Shown here: positions 1 to 8,389 of the stretch, piece by piece
How the letters are laid out: each line of letters starts with the position of its first letter
Position numbering within the stretch: the stretch's first letter is position 1
Assembly (NCBI GenBank): GCA_003599755.1
Contig: QZJO01000007.1
Coordinates: 41,221-105,220 of the forward strand
DNA length: 64,000 bases
Direction: 5' to 3'
Source: Candidatus Parcubacteria bacterium
Lineage (GTDB): Bacteria; Patescibacteriota; Minisyncoccia; Sungbacterales; SURF-37
Program-made: the position numbers and the translations under genes
The notes under the pieces: model-generated
What the model saw: the letters and a program-made list of their open reading frames with translations, nothing else
What the model was told of the DNA's origin: nothing
The model's database searches: none

Positions 1-381
1 GGCTATCCGCCGCTTGCGACCTACGCGGTCGAAAACGGCAAACTGGTCCGCCATCCGGTCCAGCAGCCGGAAATTCCGCCGTATCCGCGCACGACCGCAG
101 AGCCGGAACTCTGGCGCTATAACGCACGGGACGACGCAAGCAGAAAAATTTCATTCGAAGAGACGCAACTATTGCAGCTCGATCCTTCCACGCGCTCGCC
201 CGACGGCTTCGCCCTCGAGCGGGGAAGCGGGGCCGAAAATATTTTCGAGGCGCTCTTCGGCGGCAGTCGGTATAACGAATGGTATCTGACGAAAAACGGT
301 TCCGCGCGGCGCATATCAATTAGTCCATCAACGCCATATTACGATTATAATCCGCAATTTTTAGGCTGGATTATTCCCTAA
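1..381 (+). CDS. 3' end of a hypothetical protein gene entering from upstream (partial)
   Basis: Frame 1 is open from nt 1 to TAA at 379-381 (..ELWRYNARDDASRKISFEETQLLQLDPSTRSPDGFALERGSGAENIFEALFGGSRYNEWYL..); balanced composition unlike the Arg-rich shadow frames; no family recognised. Confidence 0.3.
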   Translation, partial: GYPPLATYAVENGKLVRHPVQQPEIPPYPRTTAEPELWRYNARDDASRKISFEETQLLQLDPSTRSPDGFALERGSGAENIFEALFGGSRYNEWYLTKNGSARRISISPSTPYYDYNPQFLGWIIP

Positions 382-397
382 TATTGCAGAGGACCTT

Positions 398-1390
398 ATG
401 AACAGAGAACAAGCGCTTGCCGAAATTCGCTCGTGGATCAGCCAAGGCATTATCAGCGAGGCCGATCTTTCGCGCACCATCGCCGCGGCCCCCGCTCCGG
501 AACGGGCCGGATGGATTCGGCATCGGTTCACCATTGCCGAGGTCCTCTACGCGCTCGGCGGTGTGCTCGTGCTGTCGGGCATCGGCGTACTCATCGCCCA
601 GCAGTGGCAAAACCTCCCGACGATCGCCCGGATTCTCGTGACGTTCGGCTCAGCCGTCGCCGCGTACGGTGTGGGCATCGCGCTGCTTTCGCACCCGGCG
701 CTCGGTAAGCTTGGGCAGGTATTCGCCGCGCTCTCGGGCATACTCATGCCGATTGGCGTCGCCACGATTCTATACGAAATGGATCTCGATATCGGCGCGC
801 TCAATACGCAAGTGCTCCTCGCGTCCGTATGTCTTCTTATCTTCGGCGTCTCGTCGGTCGTATTCCGCCGCACGGTATTCTATGTCTTCACGCTCCTGTT
901 CGGTACCTGGTTTTACTTTGCCACCGCACTCTGGCTCGTCGAAGGGAACCCCATGTTCCAGACCGGCCGCTTCATCCAATACCTTATTCTTATCGCCGGC
1001 GCAGCATATCTCGCGCTTGGGTATTACTTCGATCTGCGCAGTATGGAGTATGCGGCGCGGCGGTTGTATGCGATCGGTACGCTCGGATTCCTCGGCGCGG
1101 CATTCGCGCTCGGCGGATGGTTCCCGGATCAAAACGCATTTTGGGAATTCATTTTCCCGTTCCTCGCCGTCGGATTCATCTTCCTTTCCGTCCCGACCCG
1201 CTCGGGCGCGTTTCTGACGCTCGGCTCGCTCTTCCTCATGGGCTATATCGGAAAAATCACGGCCGAATACTTCGCCGACACGTTCGGCTGGGAGCTCTCG
1301 CTCGTAGTTGCGGGGCTTTTGGTAATGGCCACCGGATACGTAAGCTTGCGCCTGCGGAGGAAATATCTACGACCGGGCGAAGCGGCATAG
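398..1390 (+). CDS. hypothetical polytopic membrane protein
   Basis: 330-aa ORF with ~8 hydrophobic helices after a soluble N-terminus; no recognisable catalytic motif; followed by a strong terminator. Confidence 0.6.
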   Translation: MNREQALAEIRSWISQGIISEADLSRTIAAAPAPERAGWIRHRFTIAEVLYALGGVLVLSGIGVLIAQQWQNLPTIARILVTFGSAVAAYGVGIALLSHPALGKLGQVFAALSGILMPIGVATILYEMDLDIGALNTQVLLASVCLLIFGVSSVVFRRTVFYVFTLLFGTWFYFATALWLVEGNPMFQTGRFIQYLILIAGAAYLALGYYFDLRSMEYAARRLYAIGTLGFLGAAFALGGWFPDQNAFWEFIFPFLAVGFIFLSVPTRSGAFLTLGSLFLMGYIGKITAEYFADTFGWELSLVVAGLLVMATGYVSLRLRRKYLRPGEAA

Positions 1391-1405
1391 AACCCGAAAA
1401 CTGCA

Positions 1406-1439
1406 CCAAAAATCCCCCTCTGCAGAGGGGGATTTTTGG
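1406..1439. terminator. bidirectional rho-independent terminator between convergent genes
   Basis: caaaaatccccctc-tgca-gagggggatttttgg: 7-bp GC stem, A-run and T-run on either side. Confidence 0.6.
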
Positions 1440-1459
1440 TGCTTCGACCGTTGGCGGCT

Positions 1460-2683
1460 CTAATTTTTCTTTATCAGCGCGATGCCTTCGGCATTGGTTT
1501 TGACCGGCACCTGATTGTCGACAAGGTAGTCCACGATCTCCTGCAGCGCGACCGATGAGGTATCGAACCCGCTCGAGTCCGACTCGTCGATGCGATGGAA
1601 TACGAGGATCAGCCATGTCTTGTCCCGGTCGGCTTGATCGATCCATTGCTTGATGGTTTCAACTGCGGTATCGCTCCGCAGCGAGAAGCTGTTCAGTACG
1701 TAGATATTTTGGATCTTTTCGTTGAATATCCCGCCGCTGCCGCGCGCGCCTTTGAATTCATTCTTCACGATGCGCAGCGACGTGGTATCCCATTCCCCGA
1801 ACGGATAGGAGAAGGTCATCACATCCGCCACGCCCAGTCCCTGCAGCGCTCGTTTGGAGCCGACGATTTCTTCGCGCATCTGGTCTTTGGTCAAAAGCGG
1901 CAGATGCGGATGCGTGCGCGTATGCGCGCCAATCTCATGGCCGCTTTGATACAGTCCCAGCACCTGGTCGGCGGTCATGAAATTGGTCTGGCCCAGTCGC
2001 TCGGTCGTGATATAGAACGTCGCCTTCAAGCCCGCGGCGGCGAGAATAGGCGCTGCTTCCTCGTACTGCGACAGCCATCCGTCATCGAAGTTAAGCGATA
2101 CGAATCCTTCCTCGAAGATCGGCTGCTTTTTGAGCTCGGCTAGCGAATATTCATCCGTTACGATGAATCCCGGCTCTTTGATGAGATGGAATATGGTCAT
2201 CGAGACCACGCCGGACGGTACGCGGAATACGGTTTCGAACTTTTCCCATTTACCCGCGGCTTCCGGCATGCCGATATCCATGTACCGAAGCGTCCCGTCC
2301 GCGAAACGGTACTGCACGGTCACGAAATTCGGAACGTTCGATTGGTAAAAATCCCGAAATTCGTAATAATTGCCCGCCGTGACTGGCACTTCAGCGAAAT
2401 ATACCTTCGCGTCGCCCGACGCATAGCGCGTGATCTCGACCTTCGCGCCCGGTCCGGATTTCCCCGACACCGGATAGGTATACGTCGCGTCGTTGTCGCC
2501 GTATCCGCCGCGGAACCAGCCGGCGGGCAGGCCGCCCACACCTGCGTCGGTCATGGACGGATTTTGAATGAGATTCGGCAGCGATGCGGCTTCTGCAGCG
2601 CCAATACCCGAACCCGCGAACACAAAACCTGCCGCGAGCAGGGCGAAGCCGTACCCTGCCGCTCGGATTACAATAAATTGCAT
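1460..2683 (-). CDS. secreted polysaccharide deacetylase (NodB homology domain) with an N-terminal beta-rich domain
   Basis: NFDDGW / HEIGAHTRTHPHL / FSYPFGEW motifs typical of NodB-type deacetylases; start moved to the internal ATG (MQFIVIRAAGYGFALLAAGFVFAG signal peptide) because the upstream part of the ORF overlaps the next gene. Confidence 0.75.
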   Translation of the reverse strand: MQFIVIRAAGYGFALLAAGFVFAGSGIGAAEAASLPNLIQNPSMTDAGVGGLPAGWFRGGYGDNDATYTYPVSGKSGPGAKVEITRYASGDAKVYFAEVPVTAGNYYEFRDFYQSNVPNFVTVQYRFADGTLRYMDIGMPEAAGKWEKFETVFRVPSGVVSMTIFHLIKEPGFIVTDEYSLAELKKQPIFEEGFVSLNFDDGWLSQYEEAAPILAAAGLKATFYITTERLGQTNFMTADQVLGLYQSGHEIGAHTRTHPHLPLLTKDQMREEIVGSKRALQGLGVADVMTFSYPFGEWDTTSLRIVKNEFKGARGSGGIFNEKIQNIYVLNSFSLRSDTAVETIKQWIDQADRDKTWLILVFHRIDESDSSGFDTSSVALQEIVDYLVDNQVPVKTNAEGIALIKKN

Positions 2684-2833
2684 ATGAAAAGGGGACGGTT
2701 CGTTCCCGAGCTCCTTACCATTTTTTACTCCAATATTCCGGATAGTTCCGCGCGGCTGTACAAATTTTTCTTGTTGTGCTTTCGTAGTTACACCTATCGC
2801 TCCCGGCAATACATCCACACGGAGGAGATACAT

Positions 2834-3145
2834 ATGAATAAGACGGCGGGCCCTCTTCCGTACGACGACGCCGTGCGCACGGCTCTGATCGCAGCACTCG
2901 ATGGTATCGAGTCGGACCGGCGGCAGCAGCACATCATGCTGGAGAAGTTGGACCTCATTGCGAAGATGCAGATCCCGTCCGAGTCCTTTCCCGCGGTGCT
3001 GAAGGCCTGCGCCGAAGTACGGCGCGGACTCGATGCCGCGATGCAAGCACTGGCTCATGCCAGCGACCTGGACTGGTCATTCATGCATCATCTGCGCAAG
3101 GTCGCCGCAGGCGTCGTGGAGGACCTCGAGCACCGGCCGCAGTAA
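2834..3145 (+). CDS. hypothetical protein (103 aa)
   Basis: ATG preceded by GGAGGAG 7 nt upstream; followed by a hairpin and T-run (3159-3195); no family recognised. Confidence 0.5.
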   Translation: MNKTAGPLPYDDAVRTALIAALDGIESDRRQQHIMLEKLDLIAKMQIPSESFPAVLKACAEVRRGLDAAMQALAHASDLDWSFMHHLRKVAAGVVEDLEHRPQ

Positions 3146-3240
3146 AGCCGCGGCGCAATCATGACGAACCGCCCCATGCCAGATGGCACGGGGCGGGAAT
3201 ATTTTGGGAACTATACAAAGTTCAAAATTCTGAAATAGCG

Positions 3241-3269
3241 ATTCAGCCAACCACGCGGGTTGGCTAAAT
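3241..3269. repeat. hairpin repeat, copy 1 (attcagccaacc-N5-ggttggctaaat), left edge of the AT-rich island
   Basis: 25/29 identical to copy 2 at 5322-5350; forms an 8-bp stem followed by a T-rich tract. Confidence 0.5.
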
Positions 3270-3303
3270 TTATTTATGCAGTATTCTCAAAATAGTTCGA
3301 ACG

Positions 3304-3370
3304 GTTTTCGCCGCCGCTTTCGGCGCCGAAATGGAAAGCCCCCGCCCGCGCGCGGCTCCGCCGCGCCGAT
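3304..3370. repeat. left 67-bp terminal inverted repeat (GC-rich)
   Basis: Exact reverse complement of 4445-4511 (67/67 by manual alignment); contains the internal palindrome tttcggcgccgaaa. Confidence 0.7.
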
Positions 3371-3469
3371 GACAATTTCAAGTTTTTAATCGAGTTAATC
3401 ATAACTCGATTTATCAAATTTTTCAAATAAGGGATGGTTGAAAAATTTGATGCTTTGGCGGCAAATTCT

Positions 3470-3520
3470 TTTACAAAAAATCAGGCCCACCGTTCGCATT
3501 GCGCTACTAGGTGGGCCCAG
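3470..3520 (-). terminator. rho-independent terminator of the cassette gene
   Basis: Minus-strand hairpin aggcccacc/ggtgggccc followed by a T-run (plus-strand aaaaaa at 3475-3480) just 3' of the stop at 3545. Confidence 0.5.
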
Positions 3521-3544
3521 AACTGCTTCAGTCGCGGCGTGTCA

Positions 3545-4147
3545 CTAGGCTTCGGCGGCCTTGAGCACCGTCGTGGTGTCCCGCTTTCGCAACCGCCGGA
3601 TGACGGCCAGCGTGCGGGTCGCGATCGCGCCGAGGGCACCCGGCCCGCTCGACGCATCCATGGTCAGATGCCGACCGAACGCGACACCGAACGCGGCGGC
3701 GAGAGCGGACGTGATAACGTGACCGATCATCGCCTGTTGGGTCATGGTGACCTTGAAGATGAGGAATGTGAGCGCATCGCCCAGCGTCTTGTGCAGGTAG
3801 TCGTCGGGGCCGTAGTGGCCGAGCGCGAGGGTGTGCACGGCGCTGAAAAACAGAGGAACGATCACAGCGCCGAGACCGCCAGCGATGACGAATGAGCTGA
3901 ACACGCCGACTCCCCATCGGTGTCGGAGCGTGACGGCGAGCGTCACCACTGCCCCGATGCCGATGGCATGGATGAGCCACTCGAGAGCGGTGACCGGCAC
4001 CCTCAGATCGTAGAAGCGGATGATCCAGTTGGCGCCGAAGCTCTCGTTCGGCAGACGGGTGGCGAATGAGGCGTAGAGCGTCGCACCGATCTGCGCGAGC
4101 GCCAAGCACACCAGTGCCGTGATGGCGAACGCGATCTTCTTCTGCAT
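3545..4147 (-). CDS. hypothetical integral membrane protein (200 aa, ~5 TM helices)
   Basis: Strong SD AAAGGAGG 6 nt upstream of the ATG (rare in this window); hydrophobic throughout; own terminator; no family recognised. Confidence 0.55.
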   Translation of the reverse strand: MQKKIAFAITALVCLALAQIGATLYASFATRLPNESFGANWIIRFYDLRVPVTALEWLIHAIGIGAVVTLAVTLRHRWGVGVFSSFVIAGGLGAVIVPLFFSAVHTLALGHYGPDDYLHKTLGDALTFLIFKVTMTQQAMIGHVITSALAAAFGVAFGRHLTMDASSGPGALGAIATRTLAVIRRLRKRDTTTVLKAAEA

Positions 4148-4444
4148 GTGAGCCTCCTTTTGTTCCTGCCTGCCTTTTGGTCAGGGCTTACGGAACGTAT
4201 GTGCCGCACCAGAATCTACGGCAACAAAGAAGAAACTAACCACTTAACACTCTCTTTGTTACCGTAGAATATAGCTTATTTAAAGTGCTAGTTTACTGCT
4301 TAAATAATAGCATATCTATATGAAAAAGTCAAATAGCAGCAAGCACCGCTACTTTGAAAGAAGCTCAATGATTAAAAATTCTTTTTTCGCAAAACCAAAT
4401 ATGGTTCGAGCCGATGTTTTTCTTCCGGTTCTTTGGCAGTTTTT

Positions 4445-4511
4445 ATCGGCGCGGCGGAGCCGCGCGCGGGCGGGGGCTTTCCATTTCGGCGCCGAAAGCG
4501 GCGGCGAAAAC
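4445..4511. repeat. right 67-bp terminal inverted repeat
   Basis: Reverse complement of 3304-3370. Confidence 0.7.
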
Positions 4512-5213
4512 GGGAATATCCACGAGTATGTCTATTACCACTGCACCAAGAAGTCAAAATTGAAATGTCCCGAACCTTGTATTCGCCAAGAAGAATTGGA
4601 TCGCCAGTTATCATCCCTTATTCAAAAATTTTCTTTGAGACCGGATTGGGCGGAAGAAATGCGGGGAATGTTGGAAAAAGAAAAATCGGAATCCGCCCAA
4701 TCCGCAACCGCTTTTGTTCAGGAAGCCGAAACCAAAATCCGCGCCATACAAACGAAGCTCCAGCGACTTCTTGATGGATATTTGGAGCAAGATATTGAGC
4801 GCGAAATTTACCGAACCGAGAAAGCAAAACTACTTTCCGAAAAGAAGTCGCTGGAAGAGCAAATGGCGCGGATTGAACAAAAGCGGACTGGCTGGCTCGA
4901 ACCGATGATGGAATGGATAAAAGAGGCAGAAAATCTGCCTGAAATCGCGCGGGAGAGCAACCTTTTTGCCAAAAAGGTTACCGTCAAAGAAATCTTTGGC
5001 TCGAACCTCGTCTTGGCCAACCGCGAGGCGCGCCTCACCGCGCCGAGCGGAGAGGATTTGTCGGGGGAATCCGTTTGGGCCGCGCTCCGCGCGGCCACCG
5101 AAATGGTCGGTCAAATTGCAAAAAGTCAGATTTTGGTGCGGTCAGCGGGAATCCAGCGCTGCGCGCCTAGAACCCGTCGCGGCACGCGTCTCCGCCTGCG
5201 GCGGATCCGCTAG
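4512..5213 (+). pseudogene. C-terminal fragment (~230 aa) of a large serine recombinase; catalytic, recombinase and most zinc-ribbon domains are missing
   Basis: ..YVYYHCTKKSKLKCPEPCIRQEELDRQL.. (end of recombinase zinc beta-ribbon), then the characteristic coiled-coil LQRLLDGYLEQDIEREIYRTEKAKLLSEKKSLEEQMARIEQ; homology begins exactly at the TIR boundary; the ORF-track N-terminus (MKKSNSS..GAESGGENGN) is read-through of AT-rich spacer and TIR; two stacked terminator hairpins follow (5223-5242, 5254-5275). Confidence 0.55.
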
Positions 5214-5284
5214 CACCGCTCTTTGAAACCTTGCGGTTTCAATTCTTCCACCACGGGGAAACTTTCGTTTCCCCGACCCCTTTC

Positions 5285-5311
5285 CCAGGTTCGATTCCCG
5301 GAACTGACGCA
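5285..5311 (+). repeat. inverted partial duplicate of the tRNA-Gly 3' end (T-arm and acceptor)
   Basis: ccaggttcgattcccggaactgacgca shares ggttcgattcccg and ctgac.gca with the 3' half of tRNA-Gly (5356-5385) but in opposite orientation; lies between the recombinase fragment and the tRNA. Confidence 0.45.
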
Positions 5312-5321
5312 CACAAAATGC

Positions 5322-5350
5322 ATTCAGCCAACCACAAGGGTTGACTGAAT
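5322..5350. repeat. hairpin repeat, copy 2 (attcagccaacc-N5-ggttgactgaat), right edge of the island
   Basis: 25/29 identical to 3241-3269. Confidence 0.5.
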
Positions 5351-5355
5351 GTATG

Positions 5356-5426
5356 TATGCGGTCAGCGGGAATCGAACCCGCGTCTCGTCCTTGGCAAGG
5401 ACGCGTTCTACCACTAAACAATGACC
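5356..5426 (-). tRNA. tRNA-Gly (GCC)
   Basis: Cloverleaf GCGGTCA..TTGCCAA..GGTTCGATTCC..TGACCGC-A; anticodon loop uuGCCaa. Confidence 0.85.
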
Positions 5427-5455
5427 GCTTTAAATCTTCTGCCGGAAACCCGGCC

Positions 5456-5527
5456 GATGCCTGGGGTCAGAATCGAACTGACGACGCCAGCCTCTTCAGG
5501 GCTGCGCTCTACCACTGAGCTACCCAG
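5456..5527 (-). tRNA. tRNA-Phe (GAA)
   Basis: GCCTGGG-TA-GCTCAGTGGTAGAGC..cuGAAga..GTTCGATTC..CCCAGGC-A. Confidence 0.85.
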
Positions 5528-5602
5528 GCAAAAAGCTACTGCGTATGCGCAAGCACTGTAGCAGAATATTTTCCGGTTTTCAACCGTTAATACGCCACTA
5601 TA

Positions 5603-5788
5603 TCAGATACGCCGGACTACTAGTGCCCTATCCACGAGAAGCCCGGCGATGCCGATGGCGACGATCAGCCACAGCGCCCAGCGAGGGAGCGGCTGGTGCG
5701 TACGCAAAGACCAGGCAGCACTGGCCAGGAGAAACGAAAATACTGCAAGGCCGAATATATCGAAAAATTCAGGTCGCAGGATCGGCAT
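5603..5788 (-). CDS. possible small membrane protein (61 aa, 2 TM) between tRNA genes
   Basis: ORF only; hydrophobic helices; no SD; could be spurious. Confidence 0.2.
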   Translation of the reverse strand: MPILRPEFFDIFGLAVFSFLLASAAWSLRTHQPLPRWALWLIVAIGIAGLLVDRALVVRRI

Positions 5789-5809
5789 GGCAATCTATTC
5801 TATTGCATA

Positions 5810-5880
5810 TGGACCTAGCGAGAATCGAACTCGCGTCTCAGCAATGCGAATGCCGTGTACTACCACTGTACTATAGGCCC
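5810..5880 (-). tRNA. tRNA-Ala (CGC)
   Basis: GGGCCTA..uuCGCau..GTTCGATTCTCGC..TAGGTCC-A with the G3:U70 Ala identity pair. Confidence 0.8.
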
Positions 5881-5888
5881 GTAATCCC

Positions 5889-7079
5889 TTATGCGGCCGG
5901 CGTCGCTTCGCCCGTTTTGGGCGCGTCATCGGTCACGACACGGTCCGGCTCGCCTCGCTGAAGCTCCGGCGAAGCGGGCATGCCGAGCGCCATGCGGTGC
6001 TCCTTCGCGTCGATCGTGATGATCCGGAATTCCTGCTGGCTGCCGAGGGTGAGAAGCTCTTTCATGCGCGCCTCGGTGCCGAATTCGGAAATATGGGCAA
6101 GGCCCTGGATGTCTTCGTCGAGCTTTACGAATGCCCCGAACGGATTGAATTTCACCACGGTGCCGGTTACCAGATCGCCTTTATGATAGCGCTCTTCCAC
6201 CCGGCTCCACGGATCTTCTTTGAGGGCTTTCAACGAAAGGGAGACGCGCTCGCCTTCGACTGCGATGATTTTTGCCTTCACTTTTTGGCCGATGGAAAGC
6301 ACGTCGGCCGGATTCGTGATAAGCTGCCAATCAATTTCGGAAATGTGCACGAGTCCTTCGAGGCCTTCGCCGAAGCGGACAAACGCCCCGAACGACACGA
6401 GCCCCGCTACGTCGCCTTCGATCACGTCACCGACCTGGTAGGCGGACAATTTCTGACGCACGAGTTCCGTTTCGCGCGTTTTCTCGGAAAAAATGAGCTT
6501 TTCCTCGTTCGGATCGATGTCCAGAATCGTCACGGTCATGTCCTGGCCCACGAGTTTCTTAAGCTCCTCAAAGATTTTTTCCTTATCGCCGCCTTCAACC
6601 CGCGGATAATGCTCCTGGGAAAGCTGGGAAGCGGGGAGGAACCCGCGCATGCGCTGGAATTCAAGAATCAGGCCGCCGCGGTTGGCATCGAGCACTTTCA
6701 GAGTCAGCGGTTCGCGCGTTTCCATCAATTGGCGCAGGTCCTGCCAGCTCTTCTCGCGGCCCGCTTCCTTTAGCGAGAGCTCCACGTATCCCTCATCGTT
6801 GTCTACCTCGACGACTTTGGCGGTTACCGCGTCGCCGACGGCGAGGCCACGTACGATTTCGGTCGCCGCATAGTATTCGCGGCCGTAGACAATGCCGGTG
6901 CCACGGGCGCCTAAATCCACGAAAATGCGGCTGCCGCGCTTTTCAATGACTGTCCCGTCTACGATATCGCCGATTTTAAGAAATGTTCCGGGCTCGCTTT
7001 TCTGTTTTAAGAGCACCTCCATGGGGTGGCGGGCGCGGGCCAGAGCAGCGGTTTGGTTCTTTGCGATATTCCGTTCCAT
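5889..7079 (-). CDS. rpsA: 30S ribosomal protein S1 (four S1 domains)
   Basis: Repeated S1 motifs (GDVIEGDVAGLVSFGAFVRF..GLVHISE; GTVVKFNPFGAFVKLDEDIQGLAHISE); start set at the internal ATG (MERNIAKN..) because upstream ORF residues overlap the divergent hydrolase gene; 7022 is an alternative start. Confidence 0.8.
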   Translation of the reverse strand: MERNIAKNQTAALARARHPMEVLLKQKSEPGTFLKIGDIVDGTVIEKRGSRIFVDLGARGTGIVYGREYYAATEIVRGLAVGDAVTAKVVEVDNDEGYVELSLKEAGREKSWQDLRQLMETREPLTLKVLDANRGGLILEFQRMRGFLPASQLSQEHYPRVEGGDKEKIFEELKKLVGQDMTVTILDIDPNEEKLIFSEKTRETELVRQKLSAYQVGDVIEGDVAGLVSFGAFVRFGEGLEGLVHISEIDWQLITNPADVLSIGQKVKAKIIAVEGERVSLSLKALKEDPWSRVEERYHKGDLVTGTVVKFNPFGAFVKLDEDIQGLAHISEFGTEARMKELLTLGSQQEFRIITIDAKEHRMALGMPASPELQRGEPDRVVTDDAPKTGEATPAA

Positions 7080-7187
7080 ACGTACCCGAACACTATAGCC
7101 GGATGCCCGCTGATTGGCAAGATGCCGCATAATTGAGGCCTTTTCGGCCCGGGCCGAATATGCTACCCTTGAGTGGCCCCCAACCCT

Positions 7188-7844
7188 ATGACGATCATGT
7201 GGTACGGCCACGCCTGCTTCAAAATCGAGACGCGCGAGGCCACCCTCGCCATTGATCCGTTTTCCAAAAATATCGGCATCGCCGCGCCGCGGTTCCAGGC
7301 CGACGTGATACTCATGTCGCATGAACATCCCGCGCATGCCAACGCCGAATCGATTGGCGGCACGCCGCGCGTGATCACGGGGCCGGGGGAATACGAGGTC
7401 AAAGGGGTCGCGATCACCGGCATCCCGTCGTTCCACGACGCGGCAAAAGGCCAAGAACGCGGCCTCAATACGATTTGGCGCATCACGGCTGACGGCATGA
7501 CGATCGCGCACCTCGGCGATTTCGGCGAAAAGGATCTACGCGCGGAGACCCTCGAGGCGCTCGGCGCAGTCGATATCCTCCTGATTCCCGTGGGTGGCGC
7601 GCCGCATACCATTGCCGGCGAAACCGCAGCTGCGATCGCAAACCGCATCGAGCCTAAAATCGTGATCCCGATGCACTACGCGATCCCAGGCCTCTCGGTG
7701 GACATAGCTTCGCCCGACGCGTTCTTGAAGGCGTTCGGCGCAAGCGCTCCCGAACGATTGCCCAAGTTCGCCATCCGCTCCAAAGAATTGCCCGCAGAAG
7801 AAGAAACCCGTTTGGTGTTGCTCGCCGCGGGCGGCGAACGATAG
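7188..7844 (+). CDS. MBL-fold metal-dependent hydrolase (UPF0173/YtkL-like)
   Basis: MTIMWYGHACFKIE.. and the SHEHPAH (HxHxxH) motif; the ORF-track start at 7173 is a GTG 5 codons upstream. Confidence 0.7.
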   Translation: MTIMWYGHACFKIETREATLAIDPFSKNIGIAAPRFQADVILMSHEHPAHANAESIGGTPRVITGPGEYEVKGVAITGIPSFHDAAKGQERGLNTIWRITADGMTIAHLGDFGEKDLRAETLEALGAVDILLIPVGGAPHTIAGETAAAIANRIEPKIVIPMHYAIPGLSVDIASPDAFLKAFGASAPERLPKFAIRSKELPAEEETRLVLLAAGGER

Positions 7845-7853
7845 CGTCCTCGT

Positions 7854-8381
7854 ATGGCATCGGAATTCCTCGGCAGATTGCGCAACCGGCCGGAACGGGA
7901 GCGCAAGATTCTCGGCATATCGGTCTACGTAGCAATCGCCGCGATCTCGATCGCGCTTTGGGTCGGATCTGTCCGCCACGCGATCGTCGGGATCGGCGCG
8001 CCCGAAACGGATACCCGGGAATTGCCCGGACCGCTCGAGAGTATTGGCAGGGAAATTTCGCAGTTCACCAACGCGGCAGGGGACCTCGTTTCTAAAACCG
8101 CTTCGCTCGGCGCCCAGCTTGGCGCAATCCGGCCCGGCAATCCGGACGTACCGGTGCTCGTGACGACTTCAACGCCCCCGGCGACAGACGCCGGGCAGGC
8201 GTCCGTCGCATCGGCCTCGAGTACAAAAACCGCTCCATCCGCACCCAGAGCTCCGGCCGACGCGCCAGCGCCGCAAACCGCGGCCGAACCCGCCGCGGCA
8301 ACCAATGAGCGAAGCGCCTGGGCCTCATTCAGCGCATGGATCACGAACTGGTTCGGATCAGATGAATCGTATAATCGATAG
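7854..8381 (+). CDS. hypothetical membrane-anchored Ala/Pro-rich protein
   Basis: One N-terminal TM helix then low-complexity region; no family recognised. Confidence 0.4.
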   Translation: MASEFLGRLRNRPERERKILGISVYVAIAAISIALWVGSVRHAIVGIGAPETDTRELPGPLESIGREISQFTNAAGDLVSKTASLGAQLGAIRPGNPDVPVLVTTSTPPATDAGQASVASASSTKTAPSAPRAPADAPAPQTAAEPAAATNERSAWASFSAWITNWFGSDESYNR

Positions 8382-8389
8382 AAGGCGCA

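Larger units (their letters stand above)
3304..4511. mobile_element. TIR-bounded 1.2-kb cassette carrying a single membrane-protein gene with its own SD and terminator (non-autonomous element or IS remnant)
   Basis: 67-bp perfect inverted repeats at both ends; interior holds one GC-rich CDS between AT-rich non-coding DNA; no transposase inside; the right TIR abuts a 5'-truncated serine-recombinase gene. Confidence 0.4.

Noticed and set aside
14-289. ORF-track entry 14-289 (+)
   Set aside because: Arg-rich shadow frame; the frame-1 reading open from nt 1 to 381 has the more protein-like composition and is reported instead (low confidence)
3241-3269. Reading the 29-nt hairpin repeats at 3241 and 5322 strictly as attL/attR
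   Set aside because: Each also works as a terminator-like hairpin for an adjacent transcript (gene 2834-3145; the tRNA-Phe/Gly transcript), so they may simply be a shared terminator motif; kept as a hypothesis within the island finding
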